Source of the DNA: Octopus sinensis
Lineage: Eukaryota
Assembly: GCF_006345805.1 (NCBI RefSeq)
Contig: NW_021831285.1
Coordinates: 124,001-188,000, forward strand
Direction of reading: 5' to 3'
Length of the DNA: 64,000 nucleotides
The notes under the pieces were generated by a model. That model had not been told where the DNA came from, searched no databases, and was given only the letters and a program-made list of their open reading frames with translations. Position numbers and translations under genes: made by a program. This document shows, one piece after another, positions 25,101-39,048 of the stretch; positions within the stretch are counted from its first letter, which is position 1, and the number at the start of each line of letters is the position of its first letter.

Positions 25101-28100
25101 CAGAAGGCCGATATAATAATTGTACAAAGATAAAGCATGTTCATTAATTGCCTTAAACAAATTCACCGAATTTAGTTTCGTCTTCGACAATCTTTCGATA
25201 CGTTGTTGAACCTCAATCCGTAAATTTTTCAAAGTCGATATCAGCTGGGGAGGTCCAGTGAGTGAATTTCCAGAGGAATAAGGACGACCATGAACATTTA
25301 AATCTACTCTTCCATTACAATTTTCACTATTATTTTGAGTAGATGCGTCCATAGATATGGTTATTCCATTTTGTAAACCAACCATCCGTACACCACAAGA
25401 AATTTTTTTTCTTGTTGTAATTAGCATAATCATAGCCAACTAAATTATCTACAATGACTTTGTTCGGATCATACTACCTTTTTCTGTAGTCAGCAGCTAA
25501 ACAATTGAATATACACATGTGTTTTCTAATTCATGTGTTAAACTGATAATTTTTTTGGAAAAGTGAATTTATATTATTAAAAAACGTTCACAATCAATTT
25601 ACACTTTTTTATTGTAGTGGGACCGAATAAACGCTACGAAACTCGACATCCCATCCGGAGAATCTACTTCCATGTGGAGTCCGTATGTGATGAGATGTCC
25701 CTTTTTAGAATTTTTTTGTTTTTTTTTTAAAAAAAATTAAGTATATAAAGACCAAATAAAGTTTTAATTAATTAGTATGACCCTAGGATAGCGTGTGAAT
25801 TTCCGCGGACAATTGCACACGAAATCCTCTGAAAGAGCCACGACGTCTCCCGCGGATCACCTGTTTTTTTGTGGTGATTAGACCACCCAATCTTCGAATG
25901 AACGAAAAACTCTCTGTTCCAAAGACTCCGGAAGTCTCCACAGCGATCGGCTGGAAAAGATATCTGTCTGCCAGGAAAGAGTATTTCTTTTTCTTCAACT
26001 CTTCAGAACGTTTTGCAGCAGAGCCAGGAAAGGATGCCGAACTTCCGAATGAAGAAGGTCCAAACGTGTCAGGGCAGGTAAAATCCAAACAAGTGCTTTC
26101 CCTCTCGTGTACGGGTAGATGGTTACGCCGTCTGGGCGTTTGCCATCCCCTCTATCGAGACCAGCTGGTTCGAGTTGAGAGTGGAATCCGGCAGCGTCCA
26201 TGGCCCTTTTGATGATGTCATTGGCGGCGGAATGTCGGGGAAAACGACCGGCACTACGAGTGCAAGAAAGTGCGTGCCTTCCCAATGGACCAATCCTCTT
26301 TCCACATTTGCAGGGGTGTGGGGTGCACATCGGTAAGCCGAGACGTAGACATAGGCCGATCCTAATGGTATCGTCGTCCAGTTTACAGCCGGTAGACGCA
26401 ATAGGACAAGCGCTTATCCAGGAGCCAGAATTGGGTTGTGCACCCGATCTGAGACATATGATCGTTCTTGGTCCATGCACAGTTCGATAACTCTGTAAGT
26501 CTCCCTGCACCAGATTTCGTCCCAATGTCTCTGTGAAGATTCCACTTCGGGGAGTCTCAGACCAAGGCTTTTTAGAATTAGCATATCAATACAGTCGAGT
26601 AAGATGATGTCCGGCTTGCTATTCTCGATATACTCCTATGGTACAGCGATACAAATAAAAAACGGAACACTCATTTTCTCGATTTTTTTCTATTGAATGC
26701 ATGATTTATTTTAACAAAAATAGAATTTTTAGAAGACAAACATAACTTTAGCCTTAAAAAAATAAAAACAACTTATATTTCGGACCGTAATTAAATCCAG
26801 TTTTGTCCAAACAAAATAAAAAAGAGAACAAAATAAAATTCTCTATTTTTACAGAGTTATAAAAAAAGCATTATATAGAAAGAAATTGAGAAATTGGCTG
26901 TTCCGTTTTTTATTTGTATCGCTGTATATTATTTTTTGTTTGAGAGTCATTTTCCAATTATGCAATTCCATCTGCTTCAACAATCGCAACTTTTTCTCAT
27001 TTTTCAATCTCAAAGGAAATTCCTGTTAAAACAGACGGTCACCGTAGATCTTATAGAGGTCTTTGACATTCTAATAAACAAACCACAAAACAGTTTTAGT
27101 AAAGTAATCGCGCTGGTGTTACCCTCTTTTGGATGCGTTTTTTAATCGCTTCCAGTTGCCTCTCTACCTCGATAGTTCTTTTAGGACCTCAATGTCATTT
27201 TCCGATGTCAGCCCTTTTCCAATCAAGGTTTTGATGTAAAACGGATGGAAGCCTATTCCTTGATCTTCCTCTAAAAGATGAGGAGTGTAAAAGTATTTCA
27301 TCGGAGGACATTATTAAAAAATTAATATTCAAAAAATCATTAATCGTTTGAGAATGTAAATATATGTGAGATAAATAAAAAATTCTATTATATTTTTGCA
27401 GAAAAACAGAACAGCCAGAAACTTTTATCACTTTTCCTATTCACAAAAACTGCTGTCGAAATGTAAACGAACCCATCCATGCCACAAGCGACCCTAGACT
27501 TAGCAATATAAAGACTCTATATCGACTCAAAGGCTCGGGACACTTTTTTCTTGTAAAAAATGAAATTAATATTTCGGATCAATTAATTATTGTGTTGAAT
27601 ATTAATCTTATTTATAATTCAAAAATAAAATACATTTGGCTCCTGTTTAGATGGTTCGTTCGTCATCAATTTGCAAAGTAAATGAAATTATAATGAATAT
27701 GGAAAATTTACTAAGCTGCAACCTCTGGTAGTTACAGGCTTTAAATTTTTAGTTCTAATTACTTGTTGAAGGCAGTCATTATTCACTGTGGACATTCATT
27801 TTGCCAGTATTGAGTTATATATAGTTCATATAGCGAGTGTGTTGACATGCCAGCTGACCACCTTGACTATTACTGTCCTGTCTGTTCCCACAAATACACG
27901 CACAAGTAATCAGTGGTCATGTTTCAGTTCTGCTGGAATGACGTAATCATTCTGATTTGGCAGCAAAATTGCAGAAAATTAAAAAAACTGTGAAAGAAGA
28001 AATCAAAGGAAAATGTTTTGTCTTTTTATATTGTTAGCATTCAAGGCTGAATTATCATCACTTCCAGTTATAAAAAGAAATAAAGTGATCAAATGCACTA

Positions 28101-31040
28101 AAAATAATTCAAAAAAACTACACGAGGTGGAAAACTCTCACAATCAATCACTCAATGACACTTTGACCAATCAGAAAGACAGTCAAATTAGCTATTTGGG
28201 CACAATTCCTATGGGCAGTAAAAATTGTTACAAAAATTATAAAAACCCAATCGTCGTCAGGAATGCAACTTTAGACGATTGGATTGATTCCACTAATCAC
28301 AACTCGACTGTCCAAGCCGATGAAAACTCTCACATTTTCCACTCATTGACCAACGAAGAATCCCGTTTTGAAAATTTGAGTTTTCCAAACAACAAACAGA
28401 CTGATTTCTCCTCTGTTATACATGTTGACTCTGTCTCTTCTCGTTTTGAAAATTGAGTTTTCCAAGCCACAAACAGAAGGTGTCTCCCCTGTTATATATA
28501 ATGACTCCGTCTCTTCTCGTTTTGAAAATTGAGTTCTCCAAACAACAAACAGACTGATGTCTCCACTGTTATACATGATGACTCCGTCTCTTCTCGTTTT
28601 GAGAATTTGAGTTCTCCAAGCAACAAACAGAATGATGTCTCCACTGTTATACATGATGACTCCGTCTCTTCTGGACAGAAGATCTCGGAATTATTTGATG
28701 AGTCCTTCAATAAGGAACTTACTCTTGTCACTATCGACAACTTTGATTCTCAAATGGGCAATGGAATGGGAATAGAGGACATGTCTCAAGACCTGTTTGA
28801 ATCCGACTCCCAAAATGGGGGACTGTGAGAATATATAGTTCTAATTATAGAGAAATAAACCACGATGTATTAGAAACGGTTTTCGTCACTTCCACCTCTC
28901 CTCGGACGTCTGATCACAAGTACGCTGACTCTCAGACCACTCCGAGTTCAGTGGGGAAGGAGAACTATTCCTTGGTCTCCTCTGGTCTCGGTTCTGAGAT
29001 TGTTGTAAGCTTTATATGTCCAGATTATTTAAAATAGCAACAAATTCTCCATTTTTCAGACTTTTTTGGAGTGAGTTATAGCACTAGTTTTAATGCGAAT
29101 GTGACATCCCATGTGGTCGTTGAAGGTCGGCATTGTGACCTTATTTTGTCCAGGTTCCTCTGGACTGTGCAGTCGTACTCTCAAATACTTGAATGGAGTG
29201 GCACAGGGTTGCTGGGTTGTCGACTCAGCCTGGGTTATTGACAGTCTTGTACACAAAAAATGGATTTCTGAGGTTGAACTGGTCTGTTTGGAATTCGAAG
29301 GAGATTTATGAAGTTATCGGAGACACTGATTTCGGGAAGCTGCATTATGGCCAAAGAAGAGTCGGGTTGATAGCAAAAGGTTGTTTGAGGGGATGGAAAT
29401 ATGCTGTGTTGGAGTTTTTCCATGATTTTGTTGGGTTTGTTTGTTGCGGGGATTTGTAGAGGACTTGAATTGTCTCGTCATGCTTGCTGGTGCAAGTTTG
29501 GGGATTTTTCGAACATGTCCAATTCGTTTCGAAAGTCGGTGGTTGTTGTTGAGGTCATCGACGAGTTCATTTTGCCGAATTTGATTCGTACGTGGTTTTG
29601 TGTATTTTAGGCTATCGTGACGAAGGCAGGGTTCATTTGGTTGTTCTGGAATGGCTATTGGATTCCATTTCATTCCATCAACTCAGGCCGTTTTCTGAAT
29701 ATTCACTCGATTTGTAGTATTTTATTTAAAATACGATTTATTTGGTAAGAGCTCGTCGAGGAGACATTTATTAGGTTAGGATGTCTACCGTCGTTAATTT
29801 GATAAAGATTTGTAAAGATATTTTGTGTTTCCCGCGCTGGTCACAAGCAGGATGGTGACTTGTGTATACTTAACAGGTCGATTTACACATTTTGACATTA
29901 AATTAAAAACGAAAATAATTTGATATAAAAAGGGTTTAGCGTCATTTTAATTAAAAAAATGATATTTTTAAAAGATGTTATATAATCTTAGTTTTACTTA
30001 AAAATGCCATTGAATACCAAAATCTTGTAAATCTACTGCTCCGACAATTAGAATTGACTACATTTAAATTCCAAAAATACAAACTTATAAAAAACCAAAT
30101 CAAATCGTGAAAATTGATGATTAGTATATTTGCTATTTACAATTCATAGTCTTTATCTGTTGGAACAGAATAACCAAAGACACACTTTTTTTTGGACTGA
30201 ATTCGTTTATTTAATGAAAAGATAAGAAAATAAGTAGAATATTGCAGACTTGAGGGTGAAAGAAAGGATTTGGCCTATTTTATGCAGAAATGAATTGCTG
30301 AATAAACTCTGCGTCCTGAGGAAAATGGTTAATGCAGTAGCACGTTCGGGATGAAGAGTGTGAGTAATGAGGTGGACCCACCTTTTGATTTGAAAGAGGA
30401 GGCAGTGTAGAAAGTGAGTTTTTATAAAAAGTTGTAAATAAAACGAAATAAAATTTTTCGTTTCGTTTAAATTATTTTTATCATTTTCATTTTATGTATC
30501 ACTATTCACAATTTTCATGTTTATTGGTTCTTCAGATCTTTTTTTATTTTAAAACAATTGATATGAAGACATTTTCAAATTCTGATAAACATTATGAACG
30601 GTAGTGGTACTAATACAATTTTTCTTGTAATCGTTTTGAATATTTTTAATTCTGCACATGTTACACGCGTACTCATTTTGTGGCGTTTTTTATAGTGTGT
30701 GTTAATAAGGCGAATTGCAAATACTCCTTGATACTGTTCCTATGTGGCCAAAGCTTCAACTATTTATTTTAAAATTTTAGCAAGTATCGAGACATTAACA
30801 TTTTTGATTACATTTTTTCCATATCTTGAAACATTTCAATCATTATTATGTCTTATAATCATTTCATCTCCTACGTTTATATTTTCCTCATCATATCGCC
30901 ATTTTCTTTATTTTCTCTCCGATTTTTGAAGATTTTCCAGAATCTTCATATTTTTCTGTTCATTTTCCGAGCATTCATTTTTTTCGTAATTTATTTCTTT
31001 TGGGTCAGTTCCATCGAATGCCATTAATGCGTTTATTTTA
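22111..31040 (+). repeat. Second unit of a direct tandem segmental duplication (first unit 4916-22110)
   Basis: Collinear copies of the hAT ORF, RTE fragment, R4-like, CRE-like, MITE, ABC fragment, BRCA1 and Ginger fragment. First unit 17195 bp minus three TE insertions and three 78-bp repeats gives ~8931 bp, versus 8930 bp for this unit. Confidence 0.95.
27651..29717 (+). pseudogene. BRCA1: BRCA1-like second copy with several 1-nt deletions (pseudogene or consensus errors)
   Basis: Same exon-intron layout as copy 1 and four repeat units. At least six single-base homopolymer shortenings break the frame. Confidence 0.8.
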
Positions 31041-31574
31041 TTTTCATCTTGTTTTTTTAATGTGACGGTCACATATAATATACTAGTTTATTAAAAAAGA
31101 AACTAATTAACTAAGTAATTTTTCTAACCAAGTCCAGAGCCTTTCGAAGTGACACATATAAACCAATTTATTTACGAAACCAAAATTTAATTAAGGTTAA
31201 AATATTTAATTAGGACTTTCAATCCTGATTGGTAGTCTCTCTTCTCCTTTTAGGAGAAGAGTCTGCTGCTTGTTCCTCTTCATTCTCTATCTCTGCGTCA
31301 GTTGTTGTGCGTCTTTTATCTTTGAATGGAGTGTCCTGGCGGCATGCCATTTCTACTAGTTGATCGGTCGCAGAGGCATATTCCTCGCCAGTTATCTCAT
31401 TCCATGCTTTGTGTCAATTATCATGCTTCTAGCGTCCTTTTGAGCACAATCGATTGGATGTATGTCATTGTAAATTTTCAATATATAGTTTATCCATATA
31501 ATTTTTGAGCATCTTGTGAACAACACCATCCCAGGTCAGAACACGGGATAATTTTAAACTTGCATTTTTTTTTT

Positions 31575-34500
31575 GGTTGAGGTGGTGACGTGCCTCTCTT
31601 GCACTAATGTCTATTAAGCATTCGAAACAATCTAATGAACTAACAATCCTTACCTTCAATGTCAGAGGTCTGAAAACCGTGGCTAAGAGGCACCTTCTAT
31701 GTACTGATCTCGAAAAATACCAGGGCTCTATATGCTGTCTACAGGAGACTAAAGTAAAACACGGACTTGACGAAATACACGGAAATTATCGCCTAATACT
31801 GCTTCCCTCAGAATCTATACATTATGGACAAGGATTCGCAATACACAAGAACCACACCTCCAGACTATATCGATATTGGAAAGTCAGCGATAGGATCAGC
31901 GTCTTACAACTACGTACAATCTCAAGCAGCAAGTCGAGGAGACTCACGTCAATTGTCAATGTCTACGCGCCACACAGTGGACGTATTCAAAAAAATCCAG
32001 AAGAACTTGATATCTTCTATGAGGAATTAGGAAGGACATTAACAGACCTCGGTTCTTCGTACTTTCTGTTTGTTGCCGGGGACTGGAATGCGAAAGTTGG
32101 AACCCGTAAGGGAAACGAAAGTTTTATTGGCCATCACGGAAGAGGAATCAGAAACTATCCAGGAACTGTTCTAGCTGAATTCTGTCGGGTCTTTGACCTA
32201 TTCCTATGCAACACCGGTTTCCAGCATCCCGCGCGTCACAAAACGACGTGGACTGGCCAACGACCCTCACCGACCGCAGGGTCCGTCAACATTTTCAACC
32301 AAATTGACTACATCGTCTGTCGAGCCGGGGAAAAATCGCTTCTCCGAGACTCAAGGTCTTATGGAGGTGCAGCTACTTACAGTGATCATAAAATTGTCTC
32401 TGCCAAGTTTGCTATGAAGACATCAATTGACCTACGACGAAGGGGGCCCAACGCTGATGTAAGGATAAGGCATAAAATCGAACAACTGTGCTCATCTACG
32501 CTGGTCAGAGACAACTACCAACTGTCAATCATGAAATCTCTTGGAAACATAAATGCCGAACTTTCTCCAGGAGGTGCCTGGGCGGAGACAATGAAAGGGA
32601 TCCTCTTGGCAGCCGACGAGGCAATTGGCCTTCGGTCGCAAGTACTATGCAACAAAGGTATACACTCTGATCTCCCTGCCCTCATCAAAGAACAAAAGGA
32701 GCTAAGACTACAACTGGAAAACACATCTGATCCGAAGAAGAAACAAATCTTACAGAATAGACGTTCATCTACCCAAAAAAAATCAAAATGTTGAACAAGA
32801 CAAACTTCACTAACAAACTCGACTTAATAGCTGCAGGAATTGAACAGCTAAAGGACTCTTCAAAAATGTTTACGGCAATCCGCCTACTCAACAGGAAAAA
32901 ACAAACTAACAAACTCAAAATCCATGACAGCAATGGAAGATTCATCACAAATCCCAAAGAGCAGGCTGAATATATAGCCTCGTATTTCGAGAGTATATTA
33001 ACCGCTCACGGAGAAATATCCGATTACACCAGCGGATACACCACTCATCTCAGCCTACCTATCACCACCGGTGAAGTATCAACTGCAATAGCCAAACTTA
33101 AAAATGGCCGCTCCTCTGGACCGGATGGAATAAATTCAGAACTGTTTAAATACGGACCGCCTGCACTAACAGACAAACTGGCGGAGCTACTCAATGGTAT
33201 GTTTATGAAAAAGGAATTCCTCGGTCTTGATTCCGGATTATTAATACCGATCCAAAAGCCTAACAAGCAGGCTGGGCCTGTCGAAAATCTACGCCCTATA
33301 ATCTTGCTAAACACCTTACGGAAACTTTTGGGATTAGTTACACTGAACCGAATAAGAGAACAAGTGGACAACTATCTATCCCCGAGTCATAGTGGATTTA
33401 GGACAGGAAGATCCACCGCCGATGCTGTCTGGGCCCACAAGTGGTACTGCGCTATCACCCAGAGATACAAAAGTGCAACAACAGTCCTGGGAATAGACCT
33501 GTCTAGGGCCTTTGACACGGTACGCCGTGGTCTACTCCTCAAAATACTGGAACAATTCCTGGACCCTGACTCTGTCAATATGATAAGAGTACTACTATCG
33601 AACACAAAGCTCAAGGTGCGGGTCGGCACGGCGTTTTCCCGTGAATTCACGTGCAACGTCGGTACCCCTCAGGGAGACGCCCTCTCGCCGTTGCTATTCG
33701 TGATCTATCTGGAGACGGCACTACGAGACCTTCGAAAATTCTATGCTGGCAATATCGTCGAAATTGTATATGCAGATGACGTCGACTTCGTGTCAGACGA
33801 CAAATCGGCCTTACTTCGACTCCTTGAAGTGGCACCTGCTGAGCTGAACAGATGGTTCCTTAAAATGAACGTTGGAAAAACCGACATCGTTGAAATCATG
33901 AGGATGGAGAGCAGCTCAAGTGAAGCCTGGCGCAAAACGAACAAACTCGGTTCTCTACTTGGGGACGGCCATGATATTGTCAGAAGAAAGGCTCTCGCTT
34001 GGGCCACGATGAACAAGATAAAGAAAGAGTGGATCGGCAAACGACGACTCTGTACGTCACTTCGTCTGAGGATGTATGAAGCCTTTGTCAAACCAATCCT
34101 GACATATAATTCGGCGACCTGGGGAATGTCTAGTACTGAACAACGTGGACTCGATTCTTTTCACCGCAGGCAACTTAGATCCCTACTGGGATTGAACTGG
34201 CCTATAAGAATCAACCAGGAATCGCTATACAATAGATGCAGAACTGGCCCTCTGAGTGTGGAAATCGTCATATGCGGTGGAGGTTATTTGGCCATATTCT
34301 ACGAATGGACATGCTTGCCCCAGCTAACATAGCAATGGAGGGCTACTTCCTGAAAGAGGGATCGAGCTTCCGTGGACGTCCACGTGTTACGCTGCCGGAA
34401 ACACTTGACGGAGACCTGAAATGTGTGAAGAAAAGGCTAAGGAGTGGTGAGGATCTGGACGAGCTGAGGAAACTCGCTCACGACAGAGGAGGTTGGAGGA

Positions 34501-34584
34501 GGCTGGTTCAAAGGATTGTTTTTAATGCTGCACGAGTAAAATTATAACTAATATGATTCTACGTATGTTGCAAATAATAATAAA
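31575..34584 (+). mobile_element. Near full-length RTE-clade LINE (APE endonuclease + RT, ~980 aa, two 1-nt frameshifts)
   Basis: TFNVRGL, CLQETK, AGDWNAKVG, NQIDYI, SDHK, GTPQGDALSPLLF, YADDVD. (TAA)n tail. Frameshifts near 32780 and 34269; the latter is intact in the copy at 50280. Confidence 0.95.
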
Positions 34585-35580
34585 ATAATTTCGTTTAGAG
34601 TAGTGAAAGTGCATTTGCAAGGATCATATTGTGAAGTTTCTCAACTTCCACTTGTTTAGCGGTCCTGAGATGTTGCCACTTCGATTAAGGTTATTTACTT
34701 TTTAATTTTGTCATAAACAAAGATATCCGTTTATTGAAGTTGACTTTATTTTCTGTTATAATTGACGTGTCAACTCTAATTCCCACATTTTGAGTTGACA
34801 ATATCGACTGAACTGAATGAGTCTTTAATTTCCTGTTCTTTTTAATTCCATACATTCGACAAATATGAATATGGACACATTTAACCACTTCGTCATGTCT
34901 TCGGAGGTAATCGCTATTGAGCATTTTACCACACTGAGTGGCCAGATGATCAACAGTTTGTTTACTTTTTTACAATGATTGCATAACGGCCTCGTGCTTG
35001 CAAAAAACAAATTTCTATCTTGCAGAAGACAGTATAATGCTTCACTTCGGGGGCCATTATTTCCTTTGGCTAACCATTCTGAGGAAGTAGAAAGATCGAC
35101 ATTTGATTCATCCAAGCATTTGAACATAACAGAGTGTAGTGACTTGAACTTTATTTTGTTCAGCAAATATTTTTTCTGAATGTCTTTGAGAAAATTAGTA
35201 TTTATGCTTTCTGTGTCAGCAATAGCGTATTTAGAGGTAAGAAATCCTGCGATTGTAGCCAAATGGCATTTCTTTGTTTTAATAACTCGCAGAATCCCCG
35301 ACCTTCGCAAACACACAGCCGAGTGTTTTTCCAAGCTTTTAAGGAATTGCATGAGTATTAATTCGCTCTTGAACTAGATGGAGGCAAGTCCTCTTCCAAA
35401 AGTTTTGCGGTCTAAATACAGCCTTTCTTTATTTGCAGGCAGGAGATGTAACTTGAGTGTCGTGAGCAGTCGACGTATTTGTTTATCAATGTCATCAAAT
35501 TCACATGGCTCAATATTAATTAGCCCAATATAATAATCATATAGGGACAATGCATATTCATTTATGGCATAGAATAAATT

Positions 35581-36565
35581 GGTACTTTTGTCGAAGTGGT
35601 CGCAGTTTTTTTAGAAGATAATTAAAATTAATTAATTTTTTTAGTGAAAAATAGATTATTTAATTTATAACCCTCTATCAAATATTTAAATGGTTATTAA
35701 AATTATTTAAAAATTTATTTAACCAATTTAGTCATTTTAGTACGCGGCATCCAAATTCCAGGACTGTAGAAGGAATTTATGTCTTTTACAATCTGTGCAA
35801 AAGATTCCTTATAGTTCTGTATTTGTTTTCGCCACATAAATTCTGAAAAAATAACTAACTAAAAAACCTGCGAAATAAGATCCCAGAGATGTCTTACAGC
35901 TCCTCTTTGAGCTTTATTCTTGCATTTTGCACTTCCCCACATTCGTTCTACTGTCTGGGTGTGCACTCCCGTCGTTGGATCCACAAAGAATTTTCTGAAT
36001 ATATTATATTTCCTTACTTATGGTTAACGGTTTCGTGTGGTAGCCGTTTTCAACCAATTGATCAGTTGAATACCCTAAATGTTAATCAAATAATGCTAAC
36101 CTTTCCAGCAGTCACTATAAATAATGCTTCCCACCTCGACATATCGAATTACTAGACTGAGCAGTGTTTCTCTGCTCCTATCCGCGACTGGTTGCAGAAA
36201 ACACTGTTTGGTGGCTCGACAAATACCACCGAAGACCCACTGTTTTGGTAAAACTCTTCCAGAGTTGTTTTTCCGTTTGGAAAACATACTCTCGTCTACC
36301 TCCACAATCATACCAGGACCACCTGAAATAAACATTAATAATACCAATTTTGCCGTCAGATCTTTTAACAAGTGCGTCCACACAGACTTCACGTAAAAAC
36401 ATAGCCCAATCGACATATGTATGTTCACCCCAATTGTATTCGTGATGAAGCCATTTGAAGGTATGCCTATCGTAACTCATAAGTATAGTAGGCGGCGATG
36501 ACATCCTCAAATGGCAATCTACAATTCTCTAACCAGGTATCTAGAATTATTTCGACAAAAGTACC
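35581..36565 (-). mobile_element. Merlin DNA transposon with four micro-introns in its transposase
   Basis: 15-bp TIR GGTACTTTTGTCGAA. TSD AATAAATT at 35573-35580 and 36566-36573. Introns at 36323-36344, 36075-36100, 35995-36017 and 35843-35867; removing them restores KIGGPGMIVEVDES, DCWKGY, NHKKFFVDP and YFAEFMWR. The copy also has a few 1-nt frameshifts. Confidence 0.92.
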
Positions 36566-38355
36566 AATAAATTCACCGAATTCAACTTTGTTTTTGACAA
36601 CATAGTTATTCTTTTTTTACATTCTCCATTATTGAATTCATAACTTTATTCTTGGCTATCGTGGTCCAACAGGAGGCGAATCGAGGAGGCCCAACAAAGG
36701 GCCCTCAGATTAACCGATCGTTGGTCACATGATAGCCAACGCCCCGGTCCAGCCTCTCTGGAAGACCTCATCAAGCTGAACCTGGGCCCGTCAGCGACTG
36801 CTCCGCCAAAAACGGCCCGCCGCCCTGTGCGATCTTGTGTGGGCTCGTGGAAAGACCACCGAGCGAGGATGAGGTCCCTGGTTGAGTGCATCGGGATCAC
36901 GTGACATTTGTTCGGTTTTTAGCGTGGTCTTGGTGATTTAACAAATAAATAACTTTATTCTTGAGGACATTACTTCCTCCATCTTCAAATACGTCCAAAT
37001 AGCGATATCCATTGATTCCTTCCAAAGTCTCGCAGCATGATAAAGATTTGACATTAGAGGCCGATTTTTCAGAGTTCATGTCAAAAAATTCTTTAACAGC
37101 TTCCATCATTTTAATAACAGTGTCCTCTTTAAGAGCAAATATCTTTAGATCGTCAATAAAATATAGGTGATTGGTAGAAAATGTCAACATATTTAGATCC
37201 TACTGATTAATTTGCAATTTGGGAAATTTAGAGTTCAGGATCCTGCTTAGGGGATCCATTACCATAACAAATAGCAATGGGGATAATGAATCTCCTTGCA
37301 AAATGTAGATTTACTTTCCAGATGTAGATTTACTTTCCACTTCTTGACTATACTTTTCACAAAGTTAATAATCCAGAGTGGAATTCCAGAGCTGTCCAAT
37401 ATGTGGAATAAAAATTGGTGATCAACCGAGTCAAAGGCTTTCTTTACATCCACCCAAGTAGAGTACAGACTGTTTCCATACTCCTTGTTCAAGCATTGAT
37501 TAATAAGTGCTTGCTCTTTGGCACCCTGACATTGCTTTCCGGTTCCGAGTTGATTGTCTGAAATCAGTCCAAATCCATCCACAAAGTCAAAGAGTTTAAC
37601 ATTCACACACTTCGTTACAAGCTTGTACAAAGTTGGCATACACGTTATAGGACGTAAATCCTTTGGATTCTCACAATCATCCTTTTTTGGAATCAAGTAA
37701 GTTAATCCCGTGTAAAACCAACTCTCGGGCATGTAATCACCCTTGATTATCCGGATTACTTCATTACACAAGAATTCATGTAATGATTTCATTTTCTTGA
37801 TGAAAAAGTTTTACGTTCCATCACATCCGCACGCCTTCCAATCAGGCATTTGAGCATATCTTTAACCAACTCATTTGTGAATTAAGGTTCCATAGCTTCA
37901 CCACCGGTAGACCTCACATCCACACAATTATACGAAACGTGATCCATATTTTTCTTTCTCCAGACGTCCTCCCAGAATAACAAACACTCATAATCATCAA
38001 AGCCATATAAGGTTACTTCATTATTCGATGATAAGTTTCGGTAAAACCTTCTGCGGTTTAATTCAAAGCACGCATTGTCTTTTCGGAACTCTTTCCTCGA
38101 GTTATAAATTGATATTTGTTTCTCTTTAATTCTGATTAGATCATTCATTAAAGCCTCAATTCTCATTAGCTCTCCCTTTTTAGATTTCTTATATCCGTAG
38201 CGGCAGAGAATATCCATTACATTTTTCTTTTCAGATTGAGGTAATGCTTGTCTCGAAAAGGAATTCACTAATTTAATTTCAGCTGCTAATTTCGAAATTT
38301 TGTTTTCTGTATTTTCCAACCATGTGCTTTTTGTTTTATGTCTTATAGTTAAGGC

Positions 38356-38750
38356 CAGGGGTGTCAAACATGCGGCTCATTGCTATGTTTGGTTCGACAT
38401 ATGTATGTGAACAGCTTTTTTCATGTATGAAAATGACAAAAACTGCTCAAAGAACAAAACTAACTGATGAACATTTATCCTCTTTAATAAAAGTCGGAAC
38501 TACACGAATAGCTCAGGCTGACATATCTCGATAGTGATATCTGTTTCTTTGACATCATTTGGATTTTAAAATTTTTCTTTGCATACTCTAAATTGATTTC
38601 TTAAATACATTTGGTTGAGTATTCCGTTTTTGTATTAAAATTGATTTCTTAAATACATTTGGTTGAGTATTCCGTTTTTGTATTAAAATTGATTTCTTAA
38701 ATACATTTGGTTGAGTATTCCGTTTTTTTATTAAGTTTGATCTTCAATTT
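38356..38750. mobile_element. Solo hAT end followed by a 48-bp x3 tandem repeat (38590-38735)
   Basis: CAGGGGTGTCAAAC at 38356; no partner TIR found. TTGATTTC recurs at 38593, 38641 and 38689. Confidence 0.65.
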
Positions 38751-39048
38751 TTATTATTACTGCGATTACACTTGAATCATTTAATTTTACGTGACGAATT
38801 AATGGAATTTTAGCTCTCATGGTTGCATCCCAAAAAATTTTATCGACAAACTCAACATTTTTGGTCATAAAGAAATAGGCATTGATATTCTCTTAGTTTT
38901 TTTAGTTAATTTTGTTTTTATTTTCTCCATTTTCTGTAAAAATTGTAATATTCAGTAATGTTAAAAATTAAATTTTTTTCGGTTAGATTTAAAGTTTTCA
39001 ACATTTTTGGTAAAAAGAGATTTTTGATTTTCAAATTCAGACATCTAA

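Larger units (their letters stand above)
31140..38355 (-). mobile_element. Fragmented R4/Dong-like element hosting nested RTE and Merlin insertions
   Basis: RT pieces DLRPITCMPTLYKL, WVDVKKAFDSV, YFIDDLKIFA (36897-37800). SKTKLNSVNLF|YAINEYALS is split by the Merlin. YLRRHDEVV lies near 34900. The TWDG motif lies near 31530, beyond the RTE. Confidence 0.85.
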
